Shown in pieces: positions 1 to 8,865 of a DNA stretch of 64,000 bases (the stretch's first letter is position 1; each line of letters starts with the position of its first letter). Under the pieces are notes generated by a model. That model worked only from the letters and a program-made list of their open reading frames with translations, did no database searches and was not told where the DNA came from. Origin of the DNA: Clostridia bacterium (GTDB lineage: Bacteria; Bacillota; Clostridia; Oscillospirales; CAG-272); contig JAFTZI010000027.1 in assembly GCA_017461055.1 (NCBI GenBank), forward strand, positions 6,423-70,422, read 5' to 3'. The translations under genes and the position numbers were made by a program.

Positions 1-1533
1 TTCCCCGAATATTCTAAGGCGATTTACATCGACAGCGATACTATTGTTTTGGGTGACATATCAAAGCTATATGAAACCGATATTGGAGATGCTTATCTCG
101 GCGCTTGTCACGAGCAGGCTATGGTACAGGTTGATGTTTACGGCACTTACTGCGAAAAGGTTGTAGGCGTTTCACGACATAATTTCTTTAATGCGGGGCT
201 TATGCTTTTAAACTGCAAGCAATTCCGTGACAAGAAGGTGCTTAAGAAGTTCTTACACTATCTATGGGAGTACAATTTTGTTGTTACACAGGATGAGGAC
301 TACTTAAACCTTATTTGTAAGGACCAGGTATTTTGGCTTGACCAAAAATGGAACACGGAATTGACTGAGGGTCTTAACTACAATTATGATGTAACTACCG
401 CTTATATTTTACACTATATTATGGTTAACAAGCCTTGGCACTACCACCAGTGTCGCTGTGCCGATATATTCTGGAGCTATGCTGAGAAAACATCTGTTTA
501 TGATATTTTAAAGGCTGAGCTTGACGCATATACCGATGAGCAAAGAGAAAGAGACCGTTTGTCAGGTGAAAACTTGGCTCAGATGGCTTATGACGAAACA
601 CATAAAAGGGACAATTATCAAAACAAGCTTAATGAAACTAAGCGCTCTAAATACAGAGTGCAATTACTTAAAAAGATTGAAAAGTATGAGCGTGAGGGCA
701 GATTTGATGAGGATATAGAGGACGATCCACCGTCAAGAATGATAATGCCTGACGAAATTGATTACCTAAGAAAAAGCCCTATGGCTAAGGTTAAAACAAG
801 AATTGCTCACGAAAAGGCAAAGGTTTTCTTAAAAACTATTCTCGATAAGAAAATTATGATTATCAAGGACATTAAGGGCGTTGAAAACTGGACCGATTTG
901 CAAACAGGCGCTATTGTTACCTGTAACCACTTTAATGCCTTTGACAGCTTTGCTATTCAAGAGGCTTATCACGCAGCTAAGAAGTGGCCAAAAAAGAAGT
1001 TTTACCGTGTTATAAGAGAAGGTAATTATACATCCTTCCCCGGCTTTTTCGGTGAGCTTATGAAGCATTATTATACGCTTCCTCTTTCATCAAATATGAA
1101 AACAATGGTTAAGTTTACCGATGCTACCAATACGCTTTTGAAGCAGGGCAACTTTGTGTTGTTCTACCCTGAGCAGGCTATGTGGTGGAATTACCGTAAG
1201 CCAAGACCGCTAAAGCCGGGTGCTTTTAAGTTCGCTGTTAAAAATAATGTTCCTGTTCTTCCCTGCTTTATTACTATGAAGGATTCCGATATTTTAGGCG
1301 AGGATTTAAGAAGGGAAATTAAGGATTTTGACGTTGACGAAAACTTTTTACCAGACGGCTACTATGTACAGGAATACACAATTCACATAGGTAAGCCTAT
1401 ATATCCCGATTCCAGCCTAACTCCAAGGGAAAATATGGAATATATGGCCAAGAAAAACTTTAAGGTTTGGAAGGAAATTTACGAAAAGGAATACTGCATG
1501 CCGCTTACATTCCTTACAAAAGAGGATAAATAA
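1..1533 (+). CDS. Two-domain protein: glycosyltransferase family 8 domain (5' end cut by window edge) fused to a PlsC/LPLAT-type acyltransferase domain
   Basis: Frame 1 is open from nt 1 (FPEYSKAIYIDSDTIVLGD carries a GT8 DxD region, followed by NAGLMLLN and VNKPWH). The C-terminal half has the acyltransferase HX4D motif (NHFNAFD) and FYPEQ / PGAFKFA blocks. A hairpin terminator follows the gene. Confidence 0.7.
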   Translation, partial: FPEYSKAIYIDSDTIVLGDISKLYETDIGDAYLGACHEQAMVQVDVYGTYCEKVVGVSRHNFFNAGLMLLNCKQFRDKKVLKKFLHYLWEYNFVVTQDEDYLNLICKDQVFWLDQKWNTELTEGLNYNYDVTTAYILHYIMVNKPWHYHQCRCADIFWSYAEKTSVYDILKAELDAYTDEQRERDRLSGENLAQMAYDETHKRDNYQNKLNETKRSKYRVQLLKKIEKYEREGRFDEDIEDDPPSRMIMPDEIDYLRKSPMAKVKTRIAHEKAKVFLKTILDKKIMIIKDIKGVENWTDLQTGAIVTCNHFNAFDSFAIQEAYHAAKKWPKKKFYRVIREGNYTSFPGFFGELMKHYYTLPLSSNMKTMVKFTDATNTLLKQGNFVLFYPEQAMWWNYRKPRPLKPGAFKFAVKNNVPVLPCFITMKDSDILGEDLRREIKDFDVDENFLPDGYYVQEYTIHIGKPIYPDSSLTPRENMEYMAKKNFKVWKEIYEKEYCMPLTFLTKEDK

Positions 1534-1552
1534 TTGTTTTTTACTTACTATA

Positions 1553-1590
1553 AAAAGCACCTTGGGAGCTTTCTTTCCAAGGTGCTTTTG
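1553..1590. terminator. Rho-independent, probably bidirectional terminator between convergent genes
   Basis: 10-bp stem AGCACCTTGG / CCAAGGTGCT, with an A-run upstream and TTTTG downstream. Confidence 0.7.
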
Positions 1591-1638
1591 CGTTCAAAAC
1601 AAAAAATAACGACTTGTGAAGCTCTAATTTCTCAGTCG

Positions 1639-1845
1639 TTATTTTTCATCCTTTATTCCTAATATATAGTCTGCGCTGACATTGTAATATTTGCAAAGCT
1701 TTATTAAGTGATGTATAGGCAATTCATTTGCACCGCGCTCGTACCTTGCATACATGGTCTGAGAGGTCCCCAACAAATCGGCTATTTCCTGTTGCGTGTC
1801 ATCATGGTCCTCTCTTAAATCACGAATCCTTTTTATATAATTCAA
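1639..1845 (-). CDS. XRE-family helix-turn-helix transcriptional regulator (68 aa)
   Basis: Cro/C1-type HTH (RIRDLREDHDDTQQEIADLLGTSQTMYARYERG). TTG start with an AGGAGA RBS 9 nt upstream. Confidence 0.8.
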   Translation of the reverse strand: MNYIKRIRDLREDHDDTQQEIADLLGTSQTMYARYERGANELPIHHLIKLCKYYNVSADYILGIKDEK

Positions 1846-1888
1846 GTATTTTTTCTCCTACCCTATTCGCTACGAATATATTATAACA

Positions 1889-1904
1889 AGTAAATTTGTT
1901 TACT
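1889..1904. promoter_or_regulatory. Candidate operator: inverted repeat AGTAAA-tttg-TTTACT in the divergent promoter region
   Basis: Perfect 6-bp arms abutting the -35 box of the + strand promoter, between the XRE regulator gene and the lipoprotein gene. Confidence 0.4.
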
Positions 1905-1905
1905 A

Positions 1906-1934
1906 TTGACATTAGTGAATATTTGTACTATAAT
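1906..1934 (+). promoter_or_regulatory. Sigma-70/SigA-type promoter, perfect consensus (TTGACA-17-TATAAT)
   Basis: TTGACA at 1906-1911, a 17-nt spacer and TATAAT at 1929-1934, about 30 nt upstream of the AAAAGGAG RBS of the following gene. Confidence 0.6.
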
Positions 1935-1965
1935 TAAGCTATAACAGAAAAGGAGATTTTAACCT

Positions 1966-3627
1966 ATGTATAAGAAAACAGCTTTAATTTTATTAAGCTT
2001 AGTACTGTTTTTATGCATTTCCTGCAATGATGACAATAAGCCTAACGCACCTGACGCTTGCTTATGTGAATATGATAGCTGGGTTATTAAAACCGAAGCT
2101 ACCTGTACAAGTGACGGTGTTATCTTTTCCACCTGCAAGCTATGCGGTAATGTAAGCACCAAGCCGTTAACCGCAAAGGGACATACCTTGAGTGTTATTC
2201 CGAAGATTGCGCCGACCTGTACAAAGGAAGGATTTACTGAAGGTGTTGAGTGTACTGTATGCAATGAAACAGTTACTGCGCCAAGTGTTATTGAAAAAAT
2301 GCCGCATAACTATATTGATGGCATTTGTACGAGCTGCGGTTCAAGCTATTTTAGTCAAGGCTTAGAATTTATTTTGAACCAAGATGAAAAATCCTTCAAT
2401 GTTAAAATAGGAGACTGTAAAGACAGCTTTGTTATTATTCCTGAAGCATACAACGGTTTACCCGTTACTCTTATTAAAAGCGATTCCTTTAACAACTGTG
2501 ATTTTACAAAAATATCTGTTCCAAGCTCAGTTTTAACAATTGAAAAGGGAGCCTTTAAGGGTTGTGATAAATTAGAAAGCATTTCTCTTCCTTTTGTGGG
2601 CAAGAGCCTTGATTCCATTGGAAAGGAATCGGTTTTCGGTTACATTTTCGGTGACGAGGAGTTCGCAAATTCGGTAAGCGTAAAGCAGGCATACTCTTCA
2701 ATATGGGCTGTTACCTATTACGTTCCCGTAAGCTTAATTAATGTTCATTTAACTAATGATAAAATACCGTTTGGTGCATTCAGCGGTTGCTCAAGCATAC
2801 AGGGCATAAGCACAAATGGTAATATTTCAAATGTTCCCGACTATGCCTTTTTAAATTGCTCTGCATTAAAGGAGATACCCAATTTAAGCAATACTGTAAA
2901 AATAGGAGATTGCGCCTTTCAAAATTGCACAAGTCTTACCGGTGTTTCAATTGGAAAGCTTACCGAGGCCATAGGCGATAATGTATTTTTAGGCTGCTCG
3001 GCTTTAGCTGAAATAACAGTACATCCCGACAATACTGCTTATAAATCGGTGGACGGTAATTTATATAGCAAGGACGGAAAAGTATTTTTGTATTATTCCC
3101 AAGGAAATAATAATGAGGAGTTTAGTTTAACTGACGGGGTAACAAGTATAGGCAGCTATGCTTTTTACGGAATTACAGCATTGAAAAGAATCAATCTGCC
3201 AAATGGCTTAGAGGTGATTGGAAGCTCTGCTTTCAGAGGTTGTTCTTCATTAAATGATATTACTTTGCCAAACAGTGTTACCAAAATAGGCGGCTCTGCA
3301 TTTTTGGGCTGTGAGCAGTTGACTACTGTTGTATTTTCAAGCTCCCTTACTTTAATTGAGTCCTATGCTTTTCAAAAATGCAAGGCGCTTACTACTGTCA
3401 TTTTCCCTGACAGCTTATTTGAAATTGAAAATTATGCTTTTTCCGTATGCTCAAGCTTAACTAAGGTTTATATACCTGACAGCGTGGAAATTATTGGTGA
3501 AAATGTATTTTGGAGAAGCTACGATGCCATAATTTATTGCGAGGCGTCGGAAGCCAAGGAGCAGTGGAGCGCAGATTGGAATCCGAGTGAATGTGATGTT
3601 TTTTGGGGGCGCACCTCTATAGATTAA
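1966..3627 (+). CDS. Surface lipoprotein with a Cys-rich N-terminal module and BspA-type leucine-rich repeats
   Basis: Signal peptide plus lipobox (LFLCIS-C). Repeated TCTxxG..CxxC..H modules. Many ~23-aa repeats of the type I(P/T)..V..IG..AF.(G/N)C..L, which fit LRR_5/BspA. Confidence 0.75.
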   Translation: MYKKTALILLSLVLFLCISCNDDNKPNAPDACLCEYDSWVIKTEATCTSDGVIFSTCKLCGNVSTKPLTAKGHTLSVIPKIAPTCTKEGFTEGVECTVCNETVTAPSVIEKMPHNYIDGICTSCGSSYFSQGLEFILNQDEKSFNVKIGDCKDSFVIIPEAYNGLPVTLIKSDSFNNCDFTKISVPSSVLTIEKGAFKGCDKLESISLPFVGKSLDSIGKESVFGYIFGDEEFANSVSVKQAYSSIWAVTYYVPVSLINVHLTNDKIPFGAFSGCSSIQGISTNGNISNVPDYAFLNCSALKEIPNLSNTVKIGDCAFQNCTSLTGVSIGKLTEAIGDNVFLGCSALAEITVHPDNTAYKSVDGNLYSKDGKVFLYYSQGNNNEEFSLTDGVTSIGSYAFYGITALKRINLPNGLEVIGSSAFRGCSSLNDITLPNSVTKIGGSAFLGCEQLTTVVFSSSLTLIESYAFQKCKALTTVIFPDSLFEIENYAFSVCSSLTKVYIPDSVEIIGENVFWRSYDAIIYCEASEAKEQWSADWNPSECDVFWGRTSID

Positions 3628-3634
3628 CAAGCTG

Positions 3635-3670
3635 AAATGGGCTGTCGCTAATGCGGCAGCCCATTTGATT
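3635..3670. terminator. Hairpin terminator shared by the convergent lipoprotein gene and the his operon
   Basis: 10-bp stem AAATGGGCTG / CAGCCCATTT. The U-tracts are modest on both strands. Confidence 0.55.
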
Positions 3671-3678
3671 ATGTTTGT

Positions 3679-4470
3679 TTATATTATTTCCTCTAAAGAC
3701 TTAATATATCCATAGTCCTTTTTGTCAAGGTATGCTTGTTGCTCATTAAAATTAAAGGTAATTGTGTCCTTATTATGTGTATCTGAGGTGATTACAAATT
3801 TTTTCCCGCTTTTTGCTATTTTATCAATTGTTGGCTTATCGGGATAGGGGGTTGTTCGATAGCCGCGAGAGATTGCGCCTGTATTGATTTCAAAAATTGC
3901 AGGTGACTTTAATAGCTCCTCTAAGGCATCGTCAATTGCTTTTACGTAGCGTGGGTTATTTATGTCTATCATCGGATGAGTTTCATTAAACTTGGTAACC
4001 AAGTCAAAATGCCCGATTATTTGGCATTTTGTTTTGTTGAAGACATCCTTGACAAGCTTGAAATAATCCTCGCAATATGAGTACACATCCCCATTATAAT
4101 GCTTATTTACAAAGTCCTCCATTGCCTTACCTGACAAATCCACAGGAAGATATTCACCGTTTTTATAAACAAAATGGACTGAGCCTATAATGTAATCGTA
4201 GCCCTCAGCAGGAATGGAATAATAGTCCTGCTCTATGCCTACAAAAATCTTGATTTTGTCCTTATACTTTTCCTTAAGCGCTAATATTTCATTTTTGTAC
4301 GACTCAATTTTGTCCTTGGTAAAGCTCCACTCGCAGTCGAATGCCATTGGAGCATGGTCGGAAAAGCCGATTTCTGCGCAGCCTTTCTCTATGGCTGAGA
4401 GTACCATTTCCTCTAATGTGCTTTTACCGTCGCTATATGTGGAGTGGGTATGATAGCTTGATAATGTCAT
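3679..4470 (-). CDS. hisK: Histidinol-phosphatase, PHP family (HisJ/HisK type)
   Basis: N-terminal PHP motif YHTHSTYSDGKS, with further His/Asp metal ligands (FSDHAP, GSVHF, GHFD). It is the last gene of the his cluster and overlaps hisIE by 4 nt. Confidence 0.85.
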   Translation of the reverse strand: MTLSSYHTHSTYSDGKSTLEEMVLSAIEKGCAEIGFSDHAPMAFDCEWSFTKDKIESYKNEILALKEKYKDKIKIFVGIEQDYYSIPAEGYDYIIGSVHFVYKNGEYLPVDLSGKAMEDFVNKHYNGDVYSYCEDYFKLVKDVFNKTKCQIIGHFDLVTKFNETHPMIDINNPRYVKAIDDALEELLKSPAIFEINTGAISRGYRTTPYPDKPTIDKIAKSGKKFVITSDTHNKDTITFNFNEQQAYLDKKDYGYIKSLEEII

Positions 4471-5117
4471 TGTGTCATTTTCTCCTGCTTAACCTTATGG
4501 TCAATTATATGACGTGAAGCAAGCTCCTTTTGAATATCCTCAACGGAAATTCCCATTTGTACCATTAATACCATTACGTGATATGCAAGGTCGGCAATTT
4601 CGTATATTGTTTCCTTTTTATCGTCTGCCTTGCCTGCAATGATTACCTCTGTACACTCCTCGCCTACCTTTTTAAGAATTTTATCAATTCCCTTTTGGAA
4701 AAGATAAGTTGTGTATGAGCCCTCGGGCATATCGTTTTTACGTCCTTGCAAAAGCTCGTACAAGCCTTCTACTGAAAACTCGTGTCTTTCCTCACTTTGA
4801 TATACTTGATTTGTAAAGCAGGAATCTGTTCCTGTATGGCAAGCAGGTCCGTCCTTTTCAACAACTACTGTTAATGCGTCATTATCGCAATCGGCTGTTA
4901 TGGAAACGATGTGCTGATAGTTTCCGCTTGTTTCGCCCTTTAACCAAAGTTCCTGTCTTGAGCGACTGTAAAAGCAGGTAAGACCCTTTTCCATTGAAAT
5001 TTTCAGGCTTTCCTTATTCATATATGCAACGGTTAACACCTTTTTTGAATATGCGTCTACAACGACAGCAGGGATTAAACCGTTTTCGTCAAATTTTAGA
5101 GCTTCTATATCTAACAT
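4467..5117 (-). CDS. hisIE: Bifunctional phosphoribosyl-AMP cyclohydrolase / phosphoribosyl-ATP pyrophosphatase
   Basis: HisI block (WLKGETSGN, DCD.DAL, CHTG..SCF) followed by a HisE block (SYTTYLF..G..KI.KKVGEE..E). Confidence 0.9.
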   Translation of the reverse strand: MLDIEALKFDENGLIPAVVVDAYSKKVLTVAYMNKESLKISMEKGLTCFYSRSRQELWLKGETSGNYQHIVSITADCDNDALTVVVEKDGPACHTGTDSCFTNQVYQSEERHEFSVEGLYELLQGRKNDMPEGSYTTYLFQKGIDKILKKVGEECTEVIIAGKADDKKETIYEIADLAYHVMVLMVQMGISVEDIQKELASRHIIDHKVKQEKMTQ

Positions 5118-5119
5118 AA

Positions 5120-5878
5120 TTATAACCTAACCCTTATATTGTTTTCCTTTAATTCTTTCTTTAAATCACTGATTTTGACCTCTCCGAAATGGAAAATTGA
5201 TGCGGCAAGTCCTGCATCGATATCAGGTATTTCCTTAAACAAATCAACAAAATGCTGAATTGAGCCGGCACCTCCCGATGCTATTACAGGAACATTTACT
5301 GCCTCGCATACAAGCTTTAAAAGCTCAATATCGAAGCCGCCCTTAACTCCGTCTGTATCTATGGAGTTAACTACAACCTCACCGGCTCCGAGAGATACGC
5401 ATTTCTTAATCCAGGAGATTGCTTCCATACCTGTATTTTCACGTCCGCCCTTGGCAAAAACCATAAACTGACCGTCAACGCGCTTAATATCAGCCGATAT
5501 TACAACACATTGATTACCGTATTTCATTGCCGCTTCCTTAATGAGCATTGGGTTCTTTATAGCGCCTGAGTTTACGCTGACCTTATCGGCTCCGCACTTT
5601 AAAACTCTGTCAAAATCATCAACTGTATTAATTCCTCCGCCAACGGTTAAGGGAATGAATACATTCTCCGCTACCTTGCAAAGAATATCTGTAAATAGCT
5701 TTCTTTCCTCAAAGGATGCAGTTATATCATAGAACACAAGCTCATCTGCACCGTTTTTGGAATAATATTTTGCAAGCTCAATAGGACAGGAAACATCATT
5801 TAGTCCTTCAAAATTTGTTCCCTTTACTACCCTTCCGTTTTTAACGTCAAGGCAGGGAATTATTCTTTTTGTTATCAT
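5120..5878 (-). CDS. hisF: Imidazole glycerol phosphate synthase, cyclase subunit
   Basis: RIIPCLDVKNGRVVKG start and the HisA/HisF TIM-barrel phosphate-binding blocks (GGGI, SGGAG). Confidence 0.95.
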   Translation of the reverse strand: MITKRIIPCLDVKNGRVVKGTNFEGLNDVSCPIELAKYYSKNGADELVFYDITASFEERKLFTDILCKVAENVFIPLTVGGGINTVDDFDRVLKCGADKVSVNSGAIKNPMLIKEAAMKYGNQCVVISADIKRVDGQFMVFAKGGRENTGMEAISWIKKCVSLGAGEVVVNSIDTDGVKGGFDIELLKLVCEAVNVPVIASGGAGSIQHFVDLFKEIPDIDAGLAASIFHFGEVKISDLKKELKENNIRVRL

Positions 5879-6588
5879 TTTGCCACCTCGATAGCTTCCC
5901 TTAAATCTATTGCGCCTGTGTAATATGCCTTGCCTATTATTGCGCCATACATATTCATTTGGCGAAGGGCAGAAATATCGTCAATTGTAGACACTCCCCC
6001 CGATGCAATTATATCTAAGCTGTATTTTTCGTTTAAGCTTTTATATAATTCAAGGTTTGTACCCTTCATTGCTCCGTCCTTGGAAATATCGGTGCAGATT
6101 ATAGTCTTTACACCTATGCTTTCCATTTTTGAAAGAAACTCCTCCAAGGAGTATTGAGATTTTTCAATCCAGCCCTTTATGGCAATGTAGCCATCCTTGA
6201 CGTCAGCGCCTACTGCAATCTTGTCACCGTAGGTAGCAACAGCCTCCTTTAAAAAGCTTTCATCTGTTACTGCCGATGTTCCTAAAATTACTCTGCCTAC
6301 ACCGCAATCAAGATACTTCTTTACTGTTTCCATTGAACGAATGCCGCCACCGATTTCAACAAATAAGCCTGTATTGGTTGCAATATCCTTTACAACATCT
6401 ATATTTGGTGTGCTGCCGCTTTTAGCTCCCTCCAAATCTACCATATGAATATACTCTGCGCCCTTGCTTTCAAAGTCGCGTGCAATTTCAATTGGGTTAT
6501 CGGAGTAAACTGTCATTTGGGCATAATCACCCTTATAAAGCCTAACTGCTTTCTTTTCATATAAGTCTATGGCAGGAAAAATCTTCAT
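5875..6588 (-). CDS. hisA: ProFAR isomerase
   Basis: IFPAIDL..KAVRL.KGDY and the HisA family layout. It has 4-nt overlaps with both neighbours. Confidence 0.95.
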   Translation of the reverse strand: MKIFPAIDLYEKKAVRLYKGDYAQMTVYSDNPIEIARDFESKGAEYIHMVDLEGAKSGSTPNIDVVKDIATNTGLFVEIGGGIRSMETVKKYLDCGVGRVILGTSAVTDESFLKEAVATYGDKIAVGADVKDGYIAIKGWIEKSQYSLEEFLSKMESIGVKTIICTDISKDGAMKGTNLELYKSLNEKYSLDIIASGGVSTIDDISALRQMNMYGAIIGKAYYTGAIDLREAIEVAK

Positions 6589-7205
6589 TTTACATCCTCC
6601 ATTTCACAAAAGGCTTTTAAAATGCTTAATCCCACATCTCCGCTTTTTTCCGGATGGAATTGGCAGCCGAAAATGTTTTTATATGCAACTGCCGCGGTAA
6701 GCTCCTTACCGTATTCTGCTGTGGCAATTACGCTTTCCTCACAGTCAGAGGCAAAATAGGAATGCACAAAGTAAACGCAATCCCCCTCTTTAATGTATTT
6801 AAACAAGGGACTTTGTTTTTTGAAAATCAGAGGATTATAGCCTATATGAGGGATTTTAAGCTCGCTTGGAATGTAGTCCTGCATTGGAATAATGCTACCT
6901 TTTAACAAGCCTAAGCCCATATGCTCACCGTACTCATAGCTTTTTTCAAAAAGCATTTGCATACCTAAGCATATACCCATTATTGCCTTGCCTCTTTTGG
7001 CTTCCTCAATTATGATTTTATCGAGCCCTGTGTCGCTTAATTTCTTTCTCGCATCCTCAAATGCACCAACACCCGGCAAGATGATTTTGTCACATTTTTT
7101 GATTTCATTTGGGTCAGAGGTTACTAAAACGTCTGCGCCAATAAACTTAAAGGATGAAATTAGTGAAAAAAGATTTCCCACCCCGTAGTCGACAATAGCT
7201 ATCAT
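6585..7205 (-). CDS. hisH: Imidazole glycerol phosphate synthase, glutamine amidotransferase subunit
   Basis: Class-I GATase signatures: PGVGAF, the GICLGMQ nucleophile Cys, and QFHPEKS. Confidence 0.95.
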   Translation of the reverse strand: MIAIVDYGVGNLFSLISSFKFIGADVLVTSDPNEIKKCDKIILPGVGAFEDARKKLSDTGLDKIIIEEAKRGKAIMGICLGMQMLFEKSYEYGEHMGLGLLKGSIIPMQDYIPSELKIPHIGYNPLIFKKQSPLFKYIKEGDCVYFVHSYFASDCEESVIATAEYGKELTAAVAYKNIFGCQFHPEKSGDVGLSILKAFCEMEDVK

Positions 7206-7792
7206 TAAATTACCCCTTTTGTTGACGGTATTTCGTCCTTAAATCTTTCATCTATTGAAACACCCTTGGACAGTACTCTGCCAAGAGCCTTAAATGCTCC
7301 CTCAATTATGTGGTGGGAGTTTGAGCCGCTTAACTGTCTTATGTGCAGGGTTATTCCGCTTTCGCGCACGAATGCACGCATAAATTCCTCGCATAGCTCT
7401 GTATCAAAGTCTCCAACCTTGCAGGATGGAATTTCAAGATTATAATACAGTCCGCCTCTGCCTGAAATGTCGAGGGCGCACAAAATCAGCGCCTCGTCCA
7501 TTGGCAGAATTATGTCAGCATATCTTAAAATTCCCTTTTTGTCACCGATTGCTTCGCTAAAGGCTTTACCTAAGCAAATAGCAATATCCTCTGTTGTGTG
7601 GTGATAGTCAACATCAGTGTCACCTATGCACTTTACGTTCAAGTCAAAGCGCGCGTGCTTTGAGAAAAGAGTGAGCATATGATTTAAAAAACCGCACCCT
7701 GTGTCGATATTACTCTCTCCTGTGCCATCTAAGCATAGGTATAGCTGAATATCTGTTTCGTTTGTTTTTCTTGATATTTTACTATCTCTCAT
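7205..7792 (-). CDS. hisB: Imidazoleglycerol-phosphate dehydratase
   Basis: RKTNETDI, D.HHT.EDI and SG.NSHH..E..FKA motifs. Confidence 0.95.
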   Translation of the reverse strand: MRDSKISRKTNETDIQLYLCLDGTGESNIDTGCGFLNHMLTLFSKHARFDLNVKCIGDTDVDYHHTTEDIAICLGKAFSEAIGDKKGILRYADIILPMDEALILCALDISGRGGLYYNLEIPSCKVGDFDTELCEEFMRAFVRESGITLHIRQLSGSNSHHIIEGAFKALGRVLSKGVSIDERFKDEIPSTKGVI

Positions 7793-8853
7793 CTTTTCTC
7801 CTCCAATATGTTTTTTATCTCTTTAATCAGTGTTTCCATTTGCTCCATAGTGCCAATGGTAACGCGGTTAAAGTCCTTTATTCTTTCACTTGTAAAGTGG
7901 CGAACCAATATTCCTCTTGACTTTAATTCAAGATAAAGCTCCTCTCCGCTTAGCTTATCGCATTTTGCAAAAACAAAGTTTGCTTTAGATGGCAGCACGT
8001 AAAAGCCTAATTTTTCAAGAGCATTTTTTGTGTACTCTCTTGTTTTTATTATTTCTGCGCAATTTGACATATAATAGTCATTTTCTCTTATAGCAAATGC
8101 ACCTGCCATTTGGCTCATACGGTTTACATTGTAGGGGTTTGTTGAATACTTAATTGTATTCATATCAGCTATAAGTGATTCGTTTGCAACACCGAAGCCA
8201 AGACGGGCTCCCGCCATAGAATAGGACTTTGAAAATGTTCTTGTAACTATTAAATTATCGTATTTTTTTGTAAGCGGAATTGCGCTTTCTCCGCCGAAAT
8301 CAATGTAAGCCTCGTCAATTATTACCACGTTATCGGGATTTGACTTAACTATTCTTTCAATATCGCAAAGCTCCAAATACATGCCTGTCGGCGCGTTTGG
8401 ATTTGCAATTACTATGTTTTTGTTAATACCTATATAATCGTTTACGTCTATTGAAAAATCTTCCTTTAAAGGAATTTTTTCATATGGAATATTGTTTATT
8501 TCAGCAAAAACAGGGTAAAAGCCATAGGTAATGTCGGGAAATACAATTGGATTTTCTTTGTCGGAAAATGCCATAAATGCAAAATTCAATATTTCGTCAC
8601 TACCGTTTGTTGCCAAAACCTGATTTTTTTCCACATTGTAAAGGGTTGAAAGCTCCTTGTGCAAAAGTGAGCATTCAGGGTCGGAATAAAGCTGAAGCCA
8701 TCCAGCCTCCTTCGTCACTGCCTCTAATACACCCTTTGATGGGGGATAGGGAGATTCATTAGTATTTAATTTTATATACTTAACATCCTTTGGCTGTTCC
8801 CCCGGAGTATATGGCACAAGGGCGGAATATTTTTTGCTGAAAAATCTGCTCAT
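7789..8853 (-). CDS. hisC: Histidinol-phosphate aminotransferase
   Basis: Class-II aminotransferase with PLP-lysine context TFSKSYSMAGARLG, positioned inside the his operon. Confidence 0.9.
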   Translation of the reverse strand: MSRFFSKKYSALVPYTPGEQPKDVKYIKLNTNESPYPPSKGVLEAVTKEAGWLQLYSDPECSLLHKELSTLYNVEKNQVLATNGSDEILNFAFMAFSDKENPIVFPDITYGFYPVFAEINNIPYEKIPLKEDFSIDVNDYIGINKNIVIANPNAPTGMYLELCDIERIVKSNPDNVVIIDEAYIDFGGESAIPLTKKYDNLIVTRTFSKSYSMAGARLGFGVANESLIADMNTIKYSTNPYNVNRMSQMAGAFAIRENDYYMSNCAEIIKTREYTKNALEKLGFYVLPSKANFVFAKCDKLSGEELYLELKSRGILVRHFTSERIKDFNRVTIGTMEQMETLIKEIKNILEEKR

Positions 8854-8865
8854 TTTATTGTTCCT

